A stretch of DNA of 64,000 bases from Syntrophorhabdaceae bacterium (lineage in GTDB: Bacteria > Desulfobacterota > Syntrophorhabdia > Syntrophorhabdales > Syntrophorhabdaceae), in the NCBI GenBank assembly GCA_963665295.1, contig OY762209.1:2528001-2592000 (forward strand). The letters are read 5' to 3'. The notes below the pieces were generated by a model. The model saw nothing but the letters and a program-made list of their open reading frames with translations. It did no database searches and was not told where the DNA came from. Below, in pieces: positions 39,531 through 48,487 of the stretch. The position numbers and the translations under genes were made by a program. Position 1 is the first letter of the stretch; each line of letters begins with the position of its first letter.

Positions 39531-42170
39531 GTGAAGTCCCTACTTGGCCAAGTATTACCTGTGTTGTCTCTCCTCAGCCTGCTCTTTTTTGCCTGTTTCC
39601 CGGCAACCCCTGTCCACGGGGTGGTGAAGATCGATTCAGAGCTTCGAAAGCTCATGAGCGAGGATGAATCGACGGGCTATATCATACACTTCAAATCGAA
39701 GCTCAGCCTCAAGAAGGCATACGCCATGGAATGGAAGGCACGGGGTCGCTTCGTCGCCGACACCCTGAGAGATACGGCAAACGAGTCCCAGGCCGGCGTA
39801 AAAGCGTACCTCAAGGACAGGAACGCCCTGTACAAAAGCTTCTGGGTAGGGAATATGATCGTGGTGGAGGCGTCCGACCTCGCCACTCTCAACGGCCTCG
39901 AGGACTTCCCCGAAATAGACCGGATCGCCCGGCGACCCAGGATAGTTCTCCACGAGCCCGTGAAAAAGAGGGCCGCAGCCTTGCAAACCTCCAACGTTCA
40001 GACAAACATTTCCCACGTGAAGGCCGACCAGGTGTGGACCACCCTCGGCATCAAGGGGAGCGGGGTAACGGTGGCGAATATCGACACGGGCGTGCGCTAC
40101 ACCCACCAGGCCCTCGTGAACCAGTACCGGGGCAACTCGGGCGGGGCCTATAACCACAACTACAACTGGTGGGACCCCTACGGCGACCATCCCACCGAGC
40201 CGGGTGACGATCACGGCCACGGGAGCCACACCATGGGCATCATGGTGGGCTCCGACGGAGGATCGAACCAGACCGGCATGGCCCCGGAGGCAAGGTGGAT
40301 CGCCTGTCGGGGATTCCAGGCCTCCTCCGGGAGTGACGTGGCCCTTCTTGAATGTGCCCAGTGGGTAATCGCTCCGTGGGATTTGAGCAAGTCCTCTCCT
40401 GATCCGGACTTGAGGCCCCAGGTGGTGAACAACTCGTGGGGTGACTGCAGCCAGACCTACGACGATTGGTTCCAGGCCGCCGTGGACGCCTGGCACGCGG
40501 CCGGCATCTACCCGGTTTTTTCGAACGGCAATGCGGGGAATTGCGCCCGTTTACCGCCCCCGGGATGCAACACCGTAGGCAATCCGGCCCGGTACGGCAA
40601 CGTGACCGGCGTTGGCGCCACAGGGAACAGCGACGGCCAGTATGCGGCCTTCTCGACCTGGGGCGCTACGGATAACCTCGACATGGTGAATCCCGGCGGC
40701 TATCCGTACCTGAAGCCCCAGGTGGTGGCGCCCGGGGATTCCATTACCTCCGCCTATAATGCCGGCGATGACGGATATGTATCCATGTCCGGCACTTCCA
40801 TGGCGGCTCCCCACGTAGGGGGGCTCGTGGGCCTCATGCTCAGCGCGTGTCCCGGCCTGTCGGAAAAGTACGGGGTGGTGGAGACGATCATTCAAAAGAC
40901 TGCCGTCCGCATCCCGTATGCCTCAAATTGTGGAGGCGAGGGACCGGACAACGTGCCGAACAATGCGACTGGCTGGGGCGAGATCGACGCCCTTGGCGCG
41001 GTTCGGTCCGCCGCCGACATATGCATCTCCGGCACCGTCACCGGAACCGTGCGGGACGCCCGCACCCGGAAACCCATCGCGGACGCGAACGTGACTGCGG
41101 ACGGGAGCGCGGCGGTGACCGATGCCTCGGGTGAATTCAAATTGGAGTTTGTCGGTGAAGGCTCGCAGACGGTGAAGGCATCCTCTCACGGTTATTATGA
41201 CCAGGCCACGGTGGCGACCGTCATAAGGGGCGGAGCCACGGCCGTCGACTTCAGCCTCAAGGCCAAGGTCATGACCACGCTTACCGGTAAGGTGACGGAC
41301 GGCTCCGGAGGAAAATGGCCGCTTTACGCGACCCTCGCGGCAACGAACAATAACGCGACAATCACGGCATCCACCAACATTTCTACCGGGGCCTACACGA
41401 TGAAGGTGTATAGGGACACCGATTATGTCTTCCATATCTCCTCCGCCGGGTACGCCGCCTCCGAGACACTCGTTACCACGACGGGCAGATTCAGCCCGAG
41501 GAATTTCAGCCTCATGGCGGGCCCGGACTGCTCCGCCCCGGGATACACGCTGTCCGGGGGCGCGTGCGCTGCTCAGAGCGGCAGTCTTGTCATGGGCTTT
41601 TTAAGGGATGCGAACACGAAGAGTCTGCTCCCCGGTTTCGTGGTGAACTCCATATCCGGCTCGGCAAGGAGTGACGCCGGCGGGAAGTACATCGTTTTCT
41701 CGCCTGCGGGGAAAAACCCCCTTGTCGCCAACCCTTCGGCCCTCTTGAACTACGGCGTCCTCACCAAATGGGTGACCGTAGGGGCGGGCAAGATCGTTGC
41801 CTCTGATCTCTACCTCCCCGCCGCTCTATTGAAAGGACCCAAGAAAGTGAGCGTGACCGTCGCTCAGGGCGCGACGAAGAAGGCTAAGCTCACGTTGCAG
41901 AACACAGGCGGGGTCTCGACGTCCTTCGCCCTCACTGCCGATGCGGCATGGCTTGGCATATCGCCCGCCTCGGGGACCCTGGAAGCGAAGAAGAGCGAGT
42001 CCATGACGCTCACCTTCGACGCCGCCGACATGAGCGCCGGCACCTACGACGCCGTGATAACCGTGAGCGGCGTAACCCCATACAGTTCCCCCTCCATTGC
42101 CGCCACCATGAAGGTGACGGCCGGGAAGGGAGGGACGTCGGGCGAGGAGGTTAACATTGAAAACGAATAG
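39531..42170 (+). CDS. Secreted S8 subtilase 2
   Basis: IDTG, GHGSH, SNGN and GTSMAAPHV; AAGGAGG RBS with GTG start. Confidence 0.9.
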   Translation: MKSLLGQVLPVLSLLSLLFFACFPATPVHGVVKIDSELRKLMSEDESTGYIIHFKSKLSLKKAYAMEWKARGRFVADTLRDTANESQAGVKAYLKDRNALYKSFWVGNMIVVEASDLATLNGLEDFPEIDRIARRPRIVLHEPVKKRAAALQTSNVQTNISHVKADQVWTTLGIKGSGVTVANIDTGVRYTHQALVNQYRGNSGGAYNHNYNWWDPYGDHPTEPGDDHGHGSHTMGIMVGSDGGSNQTGMAPEARWIACRGFQASSGSDVALLECAQWVIAPWDLSKSSPDPDLRPQVVNNSWGDCSQTYDDWFQAAVDAWHAAGIYPVFSNGNAGNCARLPPPGCNTVGNPARYGNVTGVGATGNSDGQYAAFSTWGATDNLDMVNPGGYPYLKPQVVAPGDSITSAYNAGDDGYVSMSGTSMAAPHVGGLVGLMLSACPGLSEKYGVVETIIQKTAVRIPYASNCGGEGPDNVPNNATGWGEIDALGAVRSAADICISGTVTGTVRDARTRKPIADANVTADGSAAVTDASGEFKLEFVGEGSQTVKASSHGYYDQATVATVIRGGATAVDFSLKAKVMTTLTGKVTDGSGGKWPLYATLAATNNNATITASTNISTGAYTMKVYRDTDYVFHISSAGYAASETLVTTTGRFSPRNFSLMAGPDCSAPGYTLSGGACAAQSGSLVMGFLRDANTKSLLPGFVVNSISGSARSDAGGKYIVFSPAGKNPLVANPSALLNYGVLTKWVTVGAGKIVASDLYLPAALLKGPKKVSVTVAQGATKKAKLTLQNTGGVSTSFALTADAAWLGISPASGTLEAKKSESMTLTFDAADMSAGTYDAVITVSGVTPYSSPSIAATMKVTAGKGGTSGEEVNIENE

Positions 42171-42227
42171 CCGTGTGCTGCGCCCCTTATATAGCGGCCG
42201 GAGCGCCGGTCATTCCAAGGAGGTCTT

Positions 42228-42788
42228 ATGAAACGATCACTGGTTTTTGCAGTATTCTTGATGTTGACTGCCGCCACTTTCGCCTGGGCCGCGGCGATTC
42301 AACTCCCCAGGACAGGCCAGACCACGTGCTATGATTCCGGGGGTACGGCAATCGACTGCTGGGGCACCGGCCAGGACGGGGAGTACGAGGCGGGAGCCGC
42401 ATGGCCTTCCGAGCGGTTCGCGGTGTACGGGGACTGTGTGACCGACAACCTCACGGGCCTCATGTGGCCGAAGGCCGCGCAAAACACCGCGTCGAGTTGG
42501 ACCAATGCCCTGGACTACGCAAACAATCTCACCCTCTGCGGCTACTCCGACTGGCGGCTTCCCAACGTCAACGAACTGGAAAGCCTGCTCAATTCGGAAC
42601 GGGCGAGCAGCGCCGACTGGCTCAACAGCCAGGGGTTCAGCGGCGTGCAATCAGTTAATTACTATTGGACGTCGTCGGTCTCGAACTACGACGGCCGCGC
42701 CTGGATCAGACAGCTGGCGAAGGGCGATCTGCGCACCGGCACCAAGCTTAACACCAATTACGTGTGGCCCGTCCGGGATGCGCAATGA
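42228..42788 (+). CDS. Secreted DUF1566 (Lcl C-terminal / CLec-fold) protein
   Basis: TGQ...GQDG, VTDNLTGLMW, GYSDWRLPN..EL.SL, YYWTSS and YVWPVR motifs. Confidence 0.85.
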   Translation: MKRSLVFAVFLMLTAATFAWAAAIQLPRTGQTTCYDSGGTAIDCWGTGQDGEYEAGAAWPSERFAVYGDCVTDNLTGLMWPKAAQNTASSWTNALDYANNLTLCGYSDWRLPNVNELESLLNSERASSADWLNSQGFSGVQSVNYYWTSSVSNYDGRAWIRQLAKGDLRTGTKLNTNYVWPVRDAQ

Positions 42789-42802
42789 AGGAGGATATCT
42801 TG

Positions 42803-45607
42803 ATGATAGTGAGAATATGTCTCGCACTGTTGATTACGCTTATGACCTTCTCTTCGGCTCATGCCTGGCCGTCGCCGGTCTGGAAAACGGGTCAGACCCT
42901 GACCCAGTGGGCAGGAGACGACGGGGAACTTCGGAAGGGCGTGGAATGGCCCTCGCCACGCTTCACTGTTGACGGGGAGTGCGTCACCGACAATCTCACC
43001 GGCCTTATGTGGAGTGTGGACGCAAATCCCACGGGCGGCACCAGTTGGCAGGGGGCGTTCGATTACGCGGACAGCCTCACCCTCTGCGGCCACTCCGACT
43101 GGCGGGTCCCCAACAGGAAGGAAATGATGAGCCTCGTGGACCGCTCGCAGTTTACGCCCGCCCTCCCCGCGGACCATCCCTTTACCAACGTCGTGGCGAG
43201 CGGCTATTACTGGACATCGACCACGTGCGCATACTACCCGGGTTACACATGGTATATCCGCATGCAGTCCGGCGAGGAGGAGCGCGGCGCCAAGGGCAAC
43301 TCGTGGCCCGTGTGGCCCGTCCGCGGAGGCGGACCTTTCCGGGTCAAAATAGGCTTGACCCCCTTGTCCGGCGCTGCGGGCACCGTGTTCACACAGAAGG
43401 GTATGGGGTTTACTCCGGGCGGCACCGCGACGCTCCACGTGAGGCAGTCCGATGGGGCCGAATTTCCGACCGTCACGCTCCCCCTCAGCTCACACGGCCG
43501 CTTCGTGGCCACGCGCGCCACGCCCACGGATCTTCCCGCGGGCAACTATACGTGGTGGAGCGTTGACGATGCCACGGGTATGAAGACCGACGAGATGACG
43601 TTCCGCATCGAGCCCCAACAAACCTACCCTCTGACCGTGGTGAAATCGGGCCTGGGCAAAGGGACTGTCACGGGTCCTTCCGCGGGGATCAGTTGCGGCG
43701 ACACGTGCAGCGCTCAGCTTGCGCCGGGGACACAGGTCGTGCTTACGGCTAAAGCCGACGCGGCCCACGAGTTCATCGGCTGGACCGGGGCCTGCTTCGG
43801 CACCGATGACTGCACGGTCACTGTGGACGCCGGCACTACGGTAGGGGCCATGTTTCAGGACCGGACCAAATCGGTGGAACACGTGGTCCTCCTCGTGGTT
43901 GATGGCCTGAGACCTGATTATTTCTACAGTATGCTCGACGAAAACTGGGGGGGCGGTGAATCCAGCGAGTATCCGTTTATGCGCTCCCTCTTCAGGGATG
44001 CGCCGTACTTCAGGATCGACAAGTGCATGAGCACCTTTCCGACGGCAGCTTACTCGGACAATGCTTCCCTCGTCACGGGCAGTTATCCGGCGAAACACGG
44101 CATTCAGGGTGACGCGTGGTGCGACCGCACAACTCAGGTGTGCCGCGATTATGCGGGAAGCGATGAGATCAAGGTCTTCCAGCAGGGGATTGCGACAGCC
44201 GATTTGGACAGCGCGGCAACGACCGTGTATGACCTTCTTGCGGAGAAAGGCCTGAGCAGCCAGATCACCTTTCATATGTATAGCGGGAAAAATACGGCAG
44301 GCAAAATTGTCTGGACGGCGCCCGAGCCGGCGGATAACGCCGAGGTTGTGCGAAACGCGGAAAAGCGCGACAACAACATGATCTATGAAGCATTAACACA
44401 GATAAAGAAGAGGGGGCTCCCGAATCTGCTCACCCTCCATTTTGCGGGCCACGATTATGCCGTTCGGAAGAACGGAAAGGACGACAGTTTTGAATACGTG
44501 CAACAGGCAATCGACCCTCTCCTAGGCATTCTCATCGAAGGCGGAGAGCTTGAGAGGTACGGCTCCACCGTTGCCGAGAGGATGCGCTTCCCCGGATTGA
44601 TAAGCGGATTTGCCGAGCAACTCGCGAAGACGGTGTTCGTGATCACTTCCGGCCACGGCGCGAGCTCGATCGTGGATGACGGGAAACACATGATCCGGGT
44701 ATCCGATATTCGCGAGGCCCTCGAAGGCGCGGGGTTCGACGCGGATAATACCTGGATATCGACAAACGGTGGGATGGCCCACATTTACATTCGCAACAGG
44801 GCCACGGCGAACTGGGCCGATTATCCGCAGTCCAGCGATATAGCCCTTGCCTATGCCGCCCTCTCAAACCAGAGGGAGACCCTCGGAATAGACCGGGTTC
44901 TGGCAAGGGACTCGAAAAAGACGGGCGGCTGGACCGCCTCCTACAAAAGCAATCCCAAGGCCCTCCCGGCAGAGGACGGTAAGAGAGTTTCAAAGCTGGC
45001 ATCCGTCCGAAGCGGAGACATAATCCTCATTCCGGGGGCAGGGTATGAGTTTGGTTCCACCCTCCACAAAAGCGGCCACGGAGGTCTGAGCAAGGAGGAT
45101 TCCCTTGTTCCTCTCGTGTTCTCGGGTACTCCCTTAGGATACAACCAGAAAGTCGTCAAGACCGCCAACATCACGGTTTGTGACGTGGCTCCCACTATCA
45201 GCGCGCTTTTGGGGATACAGATGACGAATGCAGACGGGAAGGCTATTTCGGAGGTGGTGAAAGCCTCTGCCGCAATGGAGGATATCTCCGTCTCACCGAA
45301 GGCCCTCTCCTTCGGGAATGTAGCCCGCACAAAATCCGCAACACGGAAAATTACCATCACCAATAAAGGGAAGAAGAACCTTTCCATAGACAAAGTTGCG
45401 GTAGGCGGAACACATGCGTCCGATTTCGCGGTTCCCGGTGCGACGGACACCTGTACGGGGCAGAGCATTGCGCCCAGGAGGACATGCACGGTTTCGGTGG
45501 TATTCACCCCCGGGGATGAGGGGAAGAGGAGTGCCGCCATAGAGATATCATCGAGCGACCCGGACGCTCCGTCCACGATAGTGTCTGCCGCGGGAACCGG
45601 CACCTGA
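42803..45607 (+). CDS. Secreted multidomain protein: DUF1566, Ig/InlB-B-like, degenerate alkaline-phosphatase/NPP domain, C-terminal ASPM-SPD-2-Hydin-like Ig domain
   Basis: Start re-called at ATG 42803 (AAGGAGG 8 nt upstream); VVLLVVDGLRPD, FPT, SLVTG.YP..HGI, HGGL...D..VPLVFSG; ISVSP..LSFG.V. Confidence 0.8.
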   Translation: MIVRICLALLITLMTFSSAHAWPSPVWKTGQTLTQWAGDDGELRKGVEWPSPRFTVDGECVTDNLTGLMWSVDANPTGGTSWQGAFDYADSLTLCGHSDWRVPNRKEMMSLVDRSQFTPALPADHPFTNVVASGYYWTSTTCAYYPGYTWYIRMQSGEEERGAKGNSWPVWPVRGGGPFRVKIGLTPLSGAAGTVFTQKGMGFTPGGTATLHVRQSDGAEFPTVTLPLSSHGRFVATRATPTDLPAGNYTWWSVDDATGMKTDEMTFRIEPQQTYPLTVVKSGLGKGTVTGPSAGISCGDTCSAQLAPGTQVVLTAKADAAHEFIGWTGACFGTDDCTVTVDAGTTVGAMFQDRTKSVEHVVLLVVDGLRPDYFYSMLDENWGGGESSEYPFMRSLFRDAPYFRIDKCMSTFPTAAYSDNASLVTGSYPAKHGIQGDAWCDRTTQVCRDYAGSDEIKVFQQGIATADLDSAATTVYDLLAEKGLSSQITFHMYSGKNTAGKIVWTAPEPADNAEVVRNAEKRDNNMIYEALTQIKKRGLPNLLTLHFAGHDYAVRKNGKDDSFEYVQQAIDPLLGILIEGGELERYGSTVAERMRFPGLISGFAEQLAKTVFVITSGHGASSIVDDGKHMIRVSDIREALEGAGFDADNTWISTNGGMAHIYIRNRATANWADYPQSSDIALAYAALSNQRETLGIDRVLARDSKKTGGWTASYKSNPKALPAEDGKRVSKLASVRSGDIILIPGAGYEFGSTLHKSGHGGLSKEDSLVPLVFSGTPLGYNQKVVKTANITVCDVAPTISALLGIQMTNADGKAISEVVKASAAMEDISVSPKALSFGNVARTKSATRKITITNKGKKNLSIDKVAVGGTHASDFAVPGATDTCTGQSIAPRRTCTVSVVFTPGDEGKRSAAIEISSSDPDAPSTIVSAAGTGT

Positions 45608-45747
45608 CCGACACCCCGACCAAGAAGAAGGTCTTTACCGTGACGGAAAAGAAGAAATAGAGACGTGAAGATACGGATAAAGGGGCGGGCCGCGAAGGCC
45701 CGCCCCCCTTACACCATGAGAAGCGCTCCGGCGCGGAAGGAGGTTAT

Positions 45748-48390
45748 GTGAAGTCCCTACTTGGCCAAGTATTACCTGTGTTGTCTCTCCTCAGCCTGCT
45801 CTTTTTTGCCTGTTTCCCGGCAACCCCTGTCCACGGGGTGGTGAAGATCGATTCAGAGCTTCGAAAGCTCATGAGCGAGGATGAATCGACGGGCTATATC
45901 ATACACTTCAAATCGAAGCTCAGCCTCAAGAAGGCATACGCCATGGAATGGAAGGCACGGGGTCGCTTCGTCGCCGACACCCTGAGAGATACGGCAAACG
46001 AGTCCCAGGCCGGCGTAAAAGCGTACCTCAAGGACAGGAACGCCCTGTACAAAAGCTTCTGGGTAGGGAATATGATCGTGGTGGAGGCGTCCGACCTCGC
46101 CACTCTCAACGGCCTCGAGGACTTCCCCGAAATAGACCGGATCGCCCGGCGACCCAGGATAGTTCTCCACAAACCGGTGGAAACGGGGGCAGCATCCCAT
46201 GAAGTCACGGGCGTGGAGCCTAACCTCTCCCACGTGAGGGCCGACCAGGTGTGGACTACCCTCGGCATCAAGGGGAGCGGGGTAACGGTGGCGAATATCG
46301 ACACGGGCGTGCGCTACACCCACCAGGCCCTTGTGAACCAGTACCGGGGAAATTCGGGCGGGGTCTACGACCACAACTACAACTGGTGGGACGCCACGGG
46401 CAGTTACCCCACCTCTCCCGATGATGAGAACGGTCATGGCACTCACACCATGGGCATCATGGTGGGTGACGATGGTGGATCCCGCCGGATCGGCATGGCG
46501 CCGGAGGCGAAGTGGATCGCGTGCCGGGGATGCACGGCGGACTCTTGCATCGACGAGGCCGTTCTTGAATGCGCCCAGTGGATGGTTGCCCCGTGGGACC
46601 TGAGTAAGTCTTCGCCCAATCCTGCCTTGCGGCCCCAGGTGGTGAACAACTCATGGGGCGACTGCAGCCAAAGTTATGACGGCTGGTTTCAGGCCGTCGT
46701 GGACGCCTGGCACGCGGCCGGCATATATCCCGTCTTTTCGGGCGGCAACGCAAGCGACTGCGGATATTCCAGATGGGTGCCGCCGTGCGGGACCGTGGGC
46801 AATCCCGGACGGTACGGGAATGTGACCGCCGTGGGCCCCACGGATAAGTCAAGCGACGGAGTATCGTACACCGCCACCAGGGGCCCCACGGACAGCGCCG
46901 ACACGATAAACCCCGGTGGCTACCCGTACCTGAAACCCCAGGTGATGGCACCGGGCATCTCGATCGTCTCGTCCTACAATACCGGCGATGACGGGTACCA
47001 GTGGATTACCGGCGCTTCGACGGCGGCTCCTCATGTGGCCGGTCTTGTTGCCCTCATACTCAGCGGGTGCCCCAGCCTTTCGGAAAGCTATGGTGAAGTG
47101 GAGACGGCCATTCAGAATTCCGCAGTCCCCATCTCCTGGAGCTCAAGTTGTGGAAACGAGGGACCGGACGCTGTGCCGAACAACGTAACGGGCTGGGGCA
47201 GAATCGATGCCCTCGCAGCCCTCACGCTCACCTCGGGGATCTGCACCACCGGCATTGTCGGCGGGACCGTGCGGGATGCCCGCACGCAAAAACCCATCGA
47301 GGGTGCCAACGTGACGGGGGCAGGCGCCGCGGTGACGAATGCCTCGGGCCAATTCACATTGAAGCCCGTCTCCGAAGGATCGTGGACGGTGAGGGCCTCG
47401 GCCCACGGTTACTACGACCAGTCCGCCACGGCCCGCGTGACCAGGAGCGTCACCACGACCGTCGATATCAGCCTTGTGCCGAAGGGCATGACCACACTGA
47501 CCGGCAAGGTGACGGACGGCTCGGGCGCGAAATGGCCGCTTTACGCGACCCTCGCGGCAACGAACAACAATGTGACGGTGGGAGCCTCCACCAACGCCTC
47601 CACGGGGGCCTACACAATGAAGGTGTACAGGGACACCGATTATGCCTTCAAGGTTTCCTCTCCCGGGTACGCTGCCGCGGAGGCCACCCTTACGACAACG
47701 GGAAAATTCAGCCCGAGGAACTTCAGCCTCATGGTCGGCCCCGATTGCTCCGCCCAGGGATACACGCTTTCCGGGGGCGAGTGCTCTGTCCGGAGCGGGG
47801 GCCTCGTCACCGGCCTCACCAGGGACGGGAACACAAAGAGCCCGCTGCCGGGCATGGTGGTGAGTTCCCTATCAGGGTCGGCAACGAGCGACTCGGGCGG
47901 GAGGTACATCGTGTTCTCGCCTGCGGGAAAAAACTCGTTTACCGCCAACCCGTCGGCCCTCTCGAACTACGGTAGTCTTACGCGACGGGTGACTGCTGCG
48001 GCGGGCAAGACCGTTAGCTCCGATTTTGACCTTCCCGCGCCTGTATTGAAAGGTCCGAAGAGTGTGAGCGTGACCCTCGCCCAGGGCTCGACGAAGAAGA
48101 CGACGGTCAAACTGCAGAACGCCGGGGGGGTTTCGACACCCTTCACCCTTACCTCGACTGAGGCGGCGTGGCTCGGTATATCACCCGTCTCGGATACCCT
48201 GGGAGCGAAGAAGAGCGAGTCCGTCGCGCTCGCCTTCGACGCCGCCGGACTGAGCACCGGTACTTACAACGCCGTGATAACCGTGAGCGGGGCGACCCCG
48301 TACGACTCCTCGTCCATTTTCGTGACCATGAAGGTGACTGCGGGGAAGAAGGGCGGGATATCAGGTGAATCCGACAATGAAGGGGAATAG
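45748..48390 (+). CDS. Secreted S8 subtilase 3 (variant Ser motif GASTAAPHV)
   Basis: IDTG, GHGTH, SGGN and GAST. Confidence 0.88.
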   Translation: MKSLLGQVLPVLSLLSLLFFACFPATPVHGVVKIDSELRKLMSEDESTGYIIHFKSKLSLKKAYAMEWKARGRFVADTLRDTANESQAGVKAYLKDRNALYKSFWVGNMIVVEASDLATLNGLEDFPEIDRIARRPRIVLHKPVETGAASHEVTGVEPNLSHVRADQVWTTLGIKGSGVTVANIDTGVRYTHQALVNQYRGNSGGVYDHNYNWWDATGSYPTSPDDENGHGTHTMGIMVGDDGGSRRIGMAPEAKWIACRGCTADSCIDEAVLECAQWMVAPWDLSKSSPNPALRPQVVNNSWGDCSQSYDGWFQAVVDAWHAAGIYPVFSGGNASDCGYSRWVPPCGTVGNPGRYGNVTAVGPTDKSSDGVSYTATRGPTDSADTINPGGYPYLKPQVMAPGISIVSSYNTGDDGYQWITGASTAAPHVAGLVALILSGCPSLSESYGEVETAIQNSAVPISWSSSCGNEGPDAVPNNVTGWGRIDALAALTLTSGICTTGIVGGTVRDARTQKPIEGANVTGAGAAVTNASGQFTLKPVSEGSWTVRASAHGYYDQSATARVTRSVTTTVDISLVPKGMTTLTGKVTDGSGAKWPLYATLAATNNNVTVGASTNASTGAYTMKVYRDTDYAFKVSSPGYAAAEATLTTTGKFSPRNFSLMVGPDCSAQGYTLSGGECSVRSGGLVTGLTRDGNTKSPLPGMVVSSLSGSATSDSGGRYIVFSPAGKNSFTANPSALSNYGSLTRRVTAAAGKTVSSDFDLPAPVLKGPKSVSVTLAQGSTKKTTVKLQNAGGVSTPFTLTSTEAAWLGISPVSDTLGAKKSESVALAFDAAGLSTGTYNAVITVSGATPYDSSSIFVTMKVTAGKKGGISGESDNEGE

Positions 48391-48487
48391 ACGCACAATG
48401 CGCCGTTATTCCGAAGGGGTTCTTGTGAAACGATCGTTCATATCTGCAAAACACCATGAGAAGCGCTCCGGCGCGGAAGGAGGTTAT

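Larger units (their letters stand above)
39385..46170 (+). repeat. 569-bp direct repeat (39385-39953 and 45602-46170); third partial copy at 48451-48919
   Basis: Offsets 6217 and 8957; covers the last SBBP codons, the hairpin, RBS, signal peptide and propeptide of the subtilases. Confidence 0.9.

Noticed and set aside
42228..45607. Complete diversity-generating retroelement
   Set aside because: No reverse transcriptase, and no repeat pair with adenine-specific mismatches in the window.
48365..48487. 41-codon N-terminal extension of subtilase 4 given by the ORF track
   Set aside because: The paralog-identical RBS and GTG at 48488 define the start; the upstream part is relic sequence.
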